Shown here: piece by piece, positions 1 to 11,331 of the stretch | Position numbering within the stretch: the stretch's first letter is position 1 | Layout of the letters: each line of letters begins with the position of its first letter | Assembly (NCBI RefSeq): GCF_046119375.1 | Contig: NW_027368227.1 | Coordinates: 1-51,428 of the forward strand | Length of the DNA stretch: 51,428 nt | Direction: 5' to 3' | Source: Phyllobates terribilis | Taxonomy: Eukaryota | Position numbers and translations under genes: made by a program | The notes under the pieces: generated by a model | Told to the model about the DNA's origin: nothing | The model's database searches: none | The model's input: only the letters and a program-made list of their open reading frames with translations

Positions 1-321
1 AATCTCATGTAAGCATAAATCATACATAAATGTTTATTTTTATTGGTTTAGCGCTATTAGCTTCTACTCATTTCACATGTCAACATTTAAATTGATCAAA
101 AGTTTCACATGCATAAACAAACGTGTGGCTCAACTAGGCAAAGAGTTAGACACGAATATATATAAATTAAAATATTGACTGATCTGAATAATACATCAAT
201 CTGAATATATATACTCGGATGTCATGAGCGCAACACATATTTGTGCATAGCTTAATAATTTACATCAAACACATAAGATATAAATAATGTTCAACGTATA
301 TATATGGGCACAGACAACCTA

Positions 322-884
322 TCTATCTAATATACTATAATCTTGGGGATGCAAAAATACTAAATGTGATCCAAATATACATTAATTATATCCTAATTAT
401 GTAAAAGGCTCACATCTAATACTCAATCTAAAAAAAACCTAATAATCAAAATCAAAATCAATAGATTCTTATTTGTGCCATCCACCTAAGCCCAACAAAA
501 AGAATAGACACAATAGAAAATTCAATCATCGAAATATTTGAGTCTCAAATATTTGGAATGTATAATTATTCGCAACTATATGATAGAATATATATATATC
601 ACTTAATCATCTGATATGAGAGTATATTATATAATATAAATAGATGTTTGTGTATACAATAAATAGATGATTATAATATTATAATTAGACCTATTTAAAA
701 TTGTATAAAATAAATTAGAATTAGACCTACATGAATATATTTATAGTATTAATATTAGACCTATTTAACATTGTATGAAATAAACTAGAATTACACCTCA
801 TGAAACATAAATTAAACTCATCACATAAGCTAAAATATTGACATGTAATAAGGCCCGTGCGAAGCACGGGCAACATGATTCTAG
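322..884 (+). mobile_element. Non-autonomous Helitron (~560 bp)
   Basis: A|TCTATCTAATATACTATAA start at 321|322. 3' hairpin GCCCGTGC-GAA-GCACGGGC (853-871), 9-nt spacer, CTAG|T (881-885). No TSD and an AT target, as expected for Helitrons. Confidence 0.85.
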
Positions 885-904
885 TTAATATGATAAATGA
901 GTGT

Positions 905-1640
905 TTTGAAGCATTTATGACCTCTAAAACTCAACTATTTTTTATTTCATTGTTTTTTATTCTTGTGGGAGATTTGTGAAATTCATTGTGGTTGGAAATT
1001 GACTATCTAATAAATTTGATCTTTTTGAAACATTTATGACATCTATAAATCAAGTATTTTTTATTTCATCATTTTTTTCTTTTGAAAGGATTTCTAATAA
1101 ATAATCATAAAACATAAACCCCTTAAATATCCTAATCATAACTCCCAATAAATTAATTTCATAACCTCTACAAATCAAATATTTTTATTTCATATTTCTT
1201 CTTGTGGGATATTATGAAATTCATTGTGGCTGGAAAACTGATTATTTATAATAAATCATTGTAAAACCTAATCCACATAAATATCCTAATCGTAACCCCC
1301 AATACATTAGTTTTATAACCTCTAAAAATCAACTATCTTTATTTCCTCTTTTCGTCATGTGCGAGGTTATGATATTCATTATGATTGGAAATTGATTGTC
1401 TATAATAAGTGACTATAAAACCTAAAATCCTCAAATATTCTAATCGTAACCCCCTAATACATCAATTATATTTTAAAACATATAAATATCAACTATTTTT
1501 TTATTTTCCCTTTTTTATTCTTGTGGGGGTTATGAAATTTATTATGGCTAGATTTTGATTGTCTACAATAAATAACTATAAAACATAAACCCCTTAAATA
1601 GCCTAATTGTAACCCCTAATACATGACTTTGATAACCGAT
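905..1640 (+). repeat. Degenerate tandem repeat, ~120-160-bp unit, about 5 copies
   Basis: Recurrent blocks AATCAACTATTTTTTATTTC, TTCTTGTGGG..TTATGAAATTCATTGTGG.TGGAAA.TGA and AAACCCC.TAAATATCCTAATC.TAACCCC at roughly 155-bp spacing. Confidence 0.8.
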
Positions 1641-3180
1641 GATTAGTTTTCCCGTCCCTTAATTTTTAGCACTATATTTAAACCTTACAAATGTACTCCC
1701 CAATCTCCATTACCGCTCATACATAGTACACAAAGGTCAAGTTCTTCGACAACTTTAATAACCGCATTACAAGAGCACAAGCGATGCCTCCCATCTGCAC
1801 TCCCCCAATCCCTCTGCCTCAATTTTTCAATAATCATTATTTTGGATATTTAATTTCCTAAATAGAAGTTGTATATTTTCATCCTTACTCAATATTTCCT
1901 CCATTTAATCTTTTTAGAGTGTTTTTATGACACGGTTTCAGTGTGCTTCAATTACGACATATATAGTAGTCAATATAATCTCTTCGGTTAGAGTTTTTAT
2001 ATATTTAAAGTCCCACCCCTTTATAGAACCGTGGAACTATAAAATGGATTAGATTAAGGTTTGATTTTCGATGTATATAAATCAAGGATTGGATCTTGAG
2101 AATATACACTAAATAGATGTATGAATACATAGAACGTTGCACATCATAGTGAATGATTGAGATCATATATTCTATAATTATTCATATAATCACTTAATTA
2201 TTTTCTTAGTTCTTGATTAGTCAATATATTTTTTACAATATAATAGTCTTTAACTCACATAAGATGATGTATGAGACATCATTATTTCTTCACCCAAACT
2301 ACTCTTTCATATCTATTTACTATTTACATAGCTAACTTTTTGATTTGTAATTTCCAACTATGAAACTCGCGTGCCTAGAGGATGCATCTATTGTGGAAGA
2401 AAATAACAATAGAAGAAATCCGTTCTTCCAACGAAACTACTACTTTGAAATTTATTTTTTGATTTTTCAAACAAATGTGATGAGAAAACAAGTAGCGAGG
2501 AGGATCCACCATCCTTAATAAAAAACATGAGATACATTTGGAATAGAAGAAATGAATATAATGTTTTATTCTATTTCGAAGAAAAATATTTCTTTATCAT
2601 TTATATACAATGTTATTGTAATATAATTTACTGTAATATAAGTCAAAGATAGATTTATATTCTTTCTTTGTTGCGTGCAAAATACCTAATGATGTGGTTT
2701 AAACCAATTGATATAAATAAACCAATTGATCAAGATATGTTAAGAAATGAAGTTAAAAATATAAGGCAAATAATATATAAGAATATATTTATCTAATATT
2801 TAAATAATCTTGACTAAAACCTATGGTTAATGGTTATTTTCATATAATTAATAAACCACTAGAATTCATATGACCACATACATGGAATAGAGAAATGACA
2901 AATATTATATAATATCTTTCTAAAATACATTATAACTAAAAAATACTATAGGTATATATTATCCATCGACATATTGAAGAGAAGTTTACTTGTTTATATT
3001 GCATATAAGATCTTAAATCCTGAACAGCCCTTGCGATATTATGACGGGTTTATAACATATTTTAAATTTTAGTTTCTTAAATAAGTAAGCTTATTATGTA
3101 TCTTTAGGTTACACGTTGTAAAACACGATATAAATATAAATGTTGTTCAATGCTTGTACGATCACACAAATAAATAAAAA

Positions 3181-3209
3181 GCCCGTGCGGAGCACGGGCA
3201 TTGACAGAG
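3181..3209 (+). terminator. Second Helitron 3' hairpin terminator (degenerate CTRR end)
   Basis: GCCCGTGC-GGA-GCACGGGC (3181-3199) has the same stem as 853-871. It is followed by ATTGACAGAG|T, a decayed CTAG|T. Confidence 0.7.
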
Positions 3210-3317
3210 TAAGGTTAATAACCGTGTTTCAATATATTTTATTTTATATAACACTTTTTTGGCAACAAAGTAATTGCTTTTATTACTAATAATTTTACAA
3301 AAAAAATTACATTGAAT

Positions 3318-5133
3318 TTAATGTGCATGAAGTTTATCAATGTAAGATTGAAGACGAGACATATATGGAGCGATCAAATGTAAAGCCGATCCTTCACGAT
3401 GATATCCCCACATGCAAGTAATTGGGGGCAATGGGCACTCGTTGTCAAGAAGAACCTGAAATATAGTCGATTAGGATATTTAATCATGAATGAAAAAATG
3501 TACCAATTTAGAATGTTAAAATTACCGTAATCCAATGATCTTCTTCCTTCACGTGCCAAATGCGTACGATTCGGAGAATTTGTCCCTGCACATAATCTGG
3601 CCTTGCCCTAATTGGTGGGTATGTAGAGCTAACACCCTTACTAAGGATGACTAATATCATGTTAAGAGTAGTTGTTGCAAACTATACCCATATCTGGAAT
3701 TGTGAACCAAGTGTGTTCAGGGGCAAACCAATCCCGATCTAAGAAATGAAGCTTCAATAGCATATCATGCATAGTAGCAGGGGATGTCATCGTCTTCCCT
3801 AAGACCTCCCAGTCTGTATTGGTTATAAACATTATGAGCTCTCTTATTTTCACCCAACTCTCTTCTTAGTCACCCATACCAAATGCTATAGCTCGATAGC
3901 CACAATTTCCATCAGGTACAATTTGATACCACCCCGCTATATGTTGTATCAAAAACATATAGCGGTATGCACCCGGTTTCACATTCCTCACTCTTGCACT
4001 TCTATCGAGAGTACTATAGTATGGTTGCACGCACATGCACATGGTGGAGGAGTTCTTGATAGGGCTCATACCTTTGCGCTTTTGGAGACGGTTTACTTGG
4101 TTTGGAAGGCGAGGAATGCGCTTGTTTTTTAGCACAACCGAATTCCGGAGGTCATTGTTAGGCAGATTAGCATTCATGTTTTTAGACTTCTTTATGACAT
4201 GTTTCCTATAACTATGGTTGTTTCAGCACTTGGACACTAGTTTGTTGATTATTTAGCACAGTATGGATAGCTTGTGTGTTATGCCATGTGTTCTCTTGGA
4301 CTGTGTGTAATTTGAATTCCCCATTGAAGGGGACATAACATTTATATTATTTACATTTTAACAAAAAAAAAATCGACAAGTACCTGAAATACGTCTTGGA
4401 AGTTTGTAACTTGGGAACTCTTAGGGGGTTAGGTAAATGTGACAGAACTTACTCCGGACCCGTCTTCTTATGCGTGTGCCTTTGCTTCTTGGGAGGTGTG
4501 CCCATATCCTCAACTTCTTCTTCAATATGCTCCCAGTGAGATGGCACTCTCTTGGTCACGCCGAATGGTGGTGGGGGAGGTTTTTCTTTATTTTGTGCAC
4601 CCAAAGGTCTACCTTTGTGTTTGACATTTGCAAAGTGATGCACATCAGTTTGTTCAGGGTGTGCAATCCTATTCATCTCATATAGACACTTTGCCTGTTC
4701 TTCGAGAGATAGGTTGTTGAAATCATTGTGCACGAACTCATCCAGCTTGCTCTTGTACACATCTCGTCTGACTTGTAGTACATCAATATCTAAAGGATCT
4801 TGTTGCAGGCTAAGATTCCTCCAGCATGGGTGCACACTTGAAACAGGTAATGGTATTTCATTCCTTGCATATGAAGCCATTTCGTGCACACAAGGTAGGC
4901 CATCCCTGCTCCTAATCATACATCTGCATTTCCTGTCGCATTTGGGGTCTACTCGCTTATCTTACTCATTTGATAGCCTCAAAATGCACTCCCCAGAGAC
5001 CACAAAAATGTTTCTGAATATGCCTTTATCACCCTTCCCCGTAATCATCTTTTTCATGTTGAATTTCAATGTACCTTTTATCTCTTTCACAAGGTTACAC
5101 AACATATCACGGACTTCATTCCACACTGTGGAT
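3318..5133 (-). pseudogene. Mutator-like (MULE) transposase C-terminal half (SWIM Zn finger) followed by an OTU-like cysteine-protease domain; 5'-truncated, with stops and frameshifts
   Basis: Translation gives TVWNEVRDML..., CRCMIRSRDGLPCVHE (SWIM CxC...GLPCxH), VPDGNCGYRAIA (OTU catalytic Cys motif), WFTIPDMG, and HVKEEDHWIT|VLLDNECPLPP joined by a 70-bp GT-AG intron (3456-3525). Stop at 3318-3320. Confidence 0.8.
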
Positions 5134-7470
5134 ATGTTGCCTCCAGGCCACTTTTACCCGCCTCCTCCACAGTACTACCCGCTTCCTCCACAGTACTACC
5201 TGCCTCCTCCACAGTACTATCCAAGTCAATCATCTTATCCTTCTCCCATTTTCCAGCATCAGATCCCTCACCCTCCTCATCCCATGTATTCGTCTCCCAA
5301 TCCACAATTTGTCTCACAGTCTAGCCACCGTTACTCAGTACCTTTTGATTTACTCAACGTAACAGGCACATCTTCCCATGTTTGTATTACAGAGGTAAGA
5401 CAAATGATAACTTTTATTAAATAGTATATCATTTACAACTTATTATATCATGACCTAAATGTATTCAAAACTTCACTTATGCAATTTACTATTTCTGAAT
5501 GAGGATAGGTTGATCCAGATGATCATGCTGAGAGGGAGGAGGAGAAGGTAGATGGAAGTGAAGAAGAGAGGGGGGGCGGAGAAGGAGGATGAAAGGGAGG
5601 AACCACCGGTTGAGGAGAGAGCAGAGGAGGATACTAGGGAAGCTTCTTTGTCTCGGAGGTGACCAAGAAGATCGAATGAACAATATATCCCTAAGTTATT
5701 ACAAGGCATGGACGGAGCACCCATGAACCCGGAATTGCTAATAGGGTTTCAGAATCATGTAGCTTATGACATATATCGTAACAAGGTAATTTTCTAAATT
5801 TTTCTATTGTCATTGAGTTCATATAAGTTATTTTTATATAATTATGTGTATTTTTAATTGTAGGAGAGACAGACTATGATTTTGAACGTCGAAATCATAT
5901 GCTCCTAAAATGGAAATTGTCGAAGAAGAAATCAAGGAGAGGATTTGTCTACTGGTCTTGTTTTGGTACATACCGGATTTGATGTATACGGATATCAACA
6001 TAAAGTTGATAGAAGATTTCATCGAACGTTGGCAGCCGAAGGCGAGCTCGTTCCACTTGCCATTTGGAGAGATGACGGTCACTCTCCATGACGTTCATCT
6101 CAATCTGGATATGCCCATCTTTGGTGATAGCATGGCATTTAGCTCAGAACTTAAGCTTTTAGGGAACTTCACGGCTAGGCACGCATATCTGGTACAACAG
6201 GCTTTGGAGTACATTAATATAGATCCGGAGCTTGTACCGTCGGGGATGATTCGGTCCGATATATTTGTCGACATGATGAAGGACGTGTCAAAGGTGCATA
6301 AGTGGAATTCAACCGATAGTGCAACGGCGTATTTGATATTCTTGATGTCGACGACGATATTTCCTGACAAGTCATCAAAGAAGATCGATCTCAAGTATTT
6401 TGAGTACGTCAACCATGTTGAAATGGTTGACAAATTAGCTTAGGGGAAGGGCATCCTATGCCACTTGTACCGGTCCTTAGGCGAGTGTACACGGATTGGG
6501 TGTCGACAAGTACCAATGTGCTATACTCTTCTACAGGTAAACTCTATTTCAAAACACTATATTAATTTTCACAAATGCTTATGACCATGTGTTAATTTTC
6601 AATTGATTTTTACCATAATAACAGGCTTGGATATATCAGTACTTTCCATAGTTCAAGCCTCTTCAATAACCCGGATGGAGACAAGATGCTCCAAGTCATG
6701 GGCATCTAAATGGTACCATCCTGAGATACCGTCAGTAGTAGGGGGGTATCAAGCAATCCTAGACAGGATGACCGCTCGTGATGTAAGTACATTCTTATCC
6801 TAAAATTATTACCTAATTAATCACACTTAATGTTAAATTAATTCAATTTGTATGTTATGCATAGGTTGATTGTATGCCATACGGTCATCTTGACTTCAAT
6901 GACACGGAATTACGTCCCTCCCTATTCCATGGGGTCCTGACATTGCTGCACCATACAGAGCCGTACATGCCAGATCGGGTGGCGTGTCAATTTAGGCGTA
7001 TGCAGAGGATCCCAAAGCTGGTGATTGATCCTATTAGAGCTCATAGACTACCCAAGACATTGGCATACAAGGTGGACTATGACCAAGGGTATTGGATATG
7101 GAGTTCTCAAGGATGACATACCTCATCTATCGAGGAATTAGGTGATGCCGTTAATGTGCCATGGCAGTCCGAGGAGCCTTACATGTCTTGGTTCTTAGAA
7201 AGGACGCACCCTTACATTACTTCTCCCGATGTGAGATCATACCAGGTAATAATATGAATTTTCATTCTTAAATTGCGATTTCTAATATTTATTTTTTCTA
7301 CTACATCTTATATTTTATAGTTGACAAGCAGAGTGCCAGCTGAGTACACGAGTACCTTCTACCATTTGACGATGATCAACCACCGTATGAGTGGTTAGAT
7401 GAGGTATATGAGGTAGTAAGGAAGTCGGTTGATGAGTTTCACCCTTTCTACAACCTGCGAAACCATTGAT
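5134..7470 (+). pseudogene. Plant Mobile Domain (PMD, aminotransferase-like PF10536; MAIN/MAIL-like) gene, multi-exon, disrupted
   Basis: Motifs GAPMNPELLIGFQNHVAYDIY, FIERWQPKASSFHLPFGEMTVTLHDV, TLLQ|AWIYQYF, EPYMPDRVACQF and YMSWFLERTHPYI. GT donors follow 5394, 5785, 6536, 6782 and 7245. AG acceptors precede 5864, 6625, 6865 and 7321. Whether the Pro-rich first exon belongs to this gene is less certain. Confidence 0.85.
5157..5219 (+). repeat. 21-bp tandem repeat x3 (encodes PPPQYYP-like units)
   Basis: CCCGCCTCCTCCACAGTACTA / CCCGCTTCCTCCACAGTACTA / CCTGCCTCCTCCACAGTACTA. Confidence 0.9.
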
Positions 7471-7788
7471 GAGCATGAAGTTGTTTGAAATTGTATTGTA
7501 TATGTTTATCTTTTGGTTATGGTGTATGTTTTGGATTTGGTTTATATTTTGGCCGTTGTTCACATTAAGTGTGAAGAACTTTGTTAACTATTATCTTCAT
7601 TTCACAAACATCATATAACAACATCCACCTTAATAAATTGAAAAATGGTTATAGGAACAATAAGCAAAATTAGATAGTTACGTATCTTAATAATGCTATA
7701 GGCTAGTAAATATATTATTTTTTGTCAAAATATAAATAAAAAGACTACATATGTGTTATATTTTGTAAAAAACTAATCAAAAGTTATT

Positions 7789-7814
7789 CAAGCTATGCCA
7801 ATTGGCATAGCTTG
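7789..7814. repeat. Perfect 26-bp palindrome
   Basis: CAAGCTATGCCAA|TTGGCATAGCTTG. Confidence 0.9.
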
Positions 7815-8688
7815 TATTGGTTTTATTAGATTATTTATCTCATAAATACATATCACTATAACAAAAATATTGACATATAAACAATTGTGCGATCTAAATT
7901 CTTAAAATAGCTTGAAATAATTTCACTTTGATATATATTAAAAATTAAGATTATTTCATTAAACATTTACTCACGTCCGGTCCGATGTAAGTTAAAAATC
8001 CACACAACAAGATCTGAAACCCTAGGAGTTTGTATAGTTGAGTGGTTAGGGAAGATCACAACAGGAATAGAAAGCTGGCAGGTAAGTACGATTGAGTGTT
8101 TAGGGTGAAAAGCTAGTGATCTCAGAGGGTGCAAGTGAGTCAACAATACCATGAGAGTAGCAGACTTGTATTTGGGCTGAACACGACTGTATTGAGTGGA
8201 GAGAGTGAGTGTTTGTATCTTCATTTGATATAATCAATATAGTGGTGAGTTTCATCCCGGGATTGAGTTAAGCTAAGGGTTCTCACCTTACCAAATCTCT
8301 GTGCATATTGAGCTGAACTTTAAATCTAACAATCTAAAGTTCTTATTGTGTCCAAGTCTCTAACCTCTACATATAAACGCACTATATACTCGCTTGTTGT
8401 GTTTACAAAGGGACTTAGACTCTCATTCTATGTTTTTCCATTTCCGCATCTTAAAACACTTATACTAGTCTATCGAGCTACTCTTCTATAAAGAGCTAGT
8501 CGATCAAAGCTACCTTATTAAGTGTTCAACATTGATTCATTCTAGTATATACTTGCTTGTTTGAATCCGATCCTTGCGCACTAGCATAAAAGTTTTTGTG
8601 CATTGGATTTAGAGTAAGTGTAACATTATCATATCTAGTTACACTCGCTTTATCATACTCGATCCTCACTCGTCTTAAAATCCACAAT

Positions 8689-8700
8689 TGGTATCAGAGC
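8689..8700 (+). promoter_or_regulatory. Primer-binding site (tRNA-iMet)
   Basis: TGGTATCAGAGC, 2 nt after the LTR-terminal CA. Confidence 0.9.
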
Positions 8701-8749
8701 TCAGGTTGCTCAATCTTACACAGATTTGATTCCTACTCTCTAGTCTGAA

Positions 8750-10286
8750 TCACGGGCAACGAAAAACATTCTTTTAACCTAGGTATATCTTTAGATAAGC
8801 CCCATATCTTAGCTGAGGGTGAACTAGAATTGTGTCTCACGATGACTAAGAACTATATCCAACAAGCTGACTATCAATGTTGGAAAATCATTGAAAAAGG
8901 TGAAAAAACTCTCAAAGAAGAAACCGACACATACAAATGGGGACCAATTGAGTATGCTACACTAGAGAAGAATGCAAAGGAAAAACAACTCATCCTCAAT
9001 TCTCTCTCATGCAAGGACATCTAAAAAATTACGTCTCTATCCACTACCAAGCTCATGTGGAAAGCTATCATAGATATGCACAATGACAGGGAGGATATGA
9101 AGAACAACCGTCGATTCGAGCTCCAAAAGGACTTCCATTCGTTTAAAATGAAAGCGAGTCTGTCTCAGATTACCATTCCAAATTCCAGGTATTATGTGAT
9201 AGGATGTCCTCCGCGGGACTCAAGGTAGAACCCTGGGAACTCACTATGGCTTTTATCCATGGTGTTAACTCTAAGTTTGACACAACCAAACAAATAATGC
9301 TAATGAAGAATGAAACAAAACCTTTGAATGTATCTGTACTTGCTGGTAAATTAAGAGTGCATGAAGCTGAAGATCAAAAAGAGTCAATATCATCTAGAGA
9401 AACCCAAGGAGTCGCTCTCAAGCTCACTCACGTACTTCAAAAGGTCGAGGATAATGATGAGTCCAAAAATGAAGAAGACCAGGAAGTAGAGATGATGACT
9501 AAGCTAGTCAGGAGGTTCTTAAAGAAGAAGTTTGGCATAACCCATAAGGACAGATATCCAAAGGACACCAAGCCATTCATCCTCAAGAACATTACGTGCT
9601 ACAAATGCCCAGGTAGAGAACATCTTTCTTGAGATTGTCCAAGTGAAAAGGTAGATCAAAATGAAGAAGAGTGTGGATCTGGAACATATCCTAGGAATGC
9701 CTTTGTCACTCTATGGGGCGATTCTGATGATGAAGTCGACCTTGGTGAAGATCCTGAGAATTGCTTCACAGTCGCTCAACCTATCCTAGAGACAACCTCT
9801 ATACCTGAAGTTGAGGTAGGTGTTATTGAACCAGAACCTATACTTGACATCTTCCCTACACCCCCTCTTTCAATACCTATGTGTTTACTCGATCAATCAA
9901 GTCAATCTAAGGACAATCTTGATTTCAGTGATTCTATTCCCTCTAAGTCTGTTATGACTATATATGAGGATATGCTCATTCAAGCGAGCCTTGATATAGA
10001 CAAGCTTGCTTCGAGTGAGTCATCTAAGACTCTACCTATACGTAAGAAGCTCTTACAAGACAAATATGAACAAGTAGGAGCACAACGAGTGTTACCTCTC
10101 ATAGGTAAACCTCTTTCAGTGCCATGTCTTTGTAATGATGACTATTCAGAGCGAGTTCCTAGAACTGTGAAGATGAAAGTTCTACCTTCAAGTTCTAGAA
10201 TCGCTAGCTCTAACAAGAGGTGCACTGTAAGTTTCCTATACTTTGACTATGAATTATGCTTTCTAATTCTACTTTGTGAACTTTAG
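8750..10286 (+). pseudogene. gag: Copia/Sirevirus gag (UBN2-type capsid region plus CCHC zinc knuckle), with stops and a frameshift
   Basis: YIQQADYQCWKIIEKG, KLMWKAI, LAGKLRVHE, zinc knuckle CYKCPGREHLS*DCP and VTLWGDSDD. No copia protease (W.LDSG), integrase, RT or RNase H motif follows. Confidence 0.8.
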
Positions 10287-11156
10287 TTGGATTGTGTTGC
10301 TTTCTTTCTTGATATTCATGCTTATTCTCATACAATCCAATCTAGCTAAGGTAGTATATTGTATGAAAGTTATTGATTATAGTCTTAAAAAAATTGCATG
10401 CTCTTCTTACGTGCCACAAATATAGAATGGTGATCGTCTTCTTGTCCTATTACATGCCTAATAAATTATCCATTCCTACGGTTTCCCAAGCCTAACGTTA
10501 ATGTAACGCTTCCCTACCCATGATTAACTCCACAAAGTAAGTATTCATTGTCGTGTAAAAGCCAGTTACCCCTATCATGCACATACGCTATATATTCATT
10601 AAATACTGAGTGTGAGTGTGTTATGTCTCATGTGATGAAATGTGCATTTCCGGTTAATCTTTTACTTGCTTAAATGTCAAAATGGGTGCATATATACACT
10701 TGCTTTACACTCCTAAGCATGATCAAGAGCTAGGTAAGAGTCGTTCCAAGTAAGTATGAGTCATTTTTGGGTTTGCTTAGCACAAAGGGTTTGCTTAATG
10801 AGGAAGGCATTCAATTACGGCCCCAAAGGTGGAGTCTAGACATGTAGCCCTGTGATATAATATAATTAAATTCGGAAAGGCTACATGGGTCAGTGATCCA
10901 GTCTAAATGGCCTCAGATAAGTCACACTTAGACTTCATAACTTGTCATTAGCAGCTGCTAGCGGATAGTCTGAGGTTGTTCCAGCGTGTCTTTTGCAGTG
11001 ACACTTGTCGTTCAAAAATCTGATTCATATAAAGCAAGTCTGCATGTAGCCGTTGTGCGCCTCAGTGAATCTAGCCTTTTGTTTATAGTCGTTGAAGTGT
11101 AGCCGTTGCGAGATCTCCAGATTTGATAAGAAACTTACAAGTGAAGGAAAGAGAGT

Positions 11157-11166
11157 CTATATAAGC
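11157..11166 (+). promoter_or_regulatory. Candidate TATA box upstream of the env-like ORF
   Basis: TCTATATAAG about 170 bp before ATG 11332, followed by a CT-rich leader and preceded by repeated TGTAGCC(GTTG) motifs. Confidence 0.35.
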
Positions 11167-11331
11167 ACTGGGTATTCACTTCAAAATAATTTTACCGTGT
11201 TTATCATATTCTGTCTCTCCCTACTATTGCTCTATTGTCCCTCGCTACACCAACTCTCATACAATTAGCCCCTCAAAAGGCCAAAAGCAAACACAAATCC
11301 CTCAAAACCCCAAGACTCCTCATTCCTAAAA

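Noticed and set aside
4714-5424. 236-aa plus-strand ORF
   Set aside because: The first ~140 codons are the antisense of the transposase and only the Pro-rich tail is plausibly coding. It is not an independent gene.
6095-6433. 112-aa minus-strand ORF
   Set aside because: Antisense shadow of the PMD exon.
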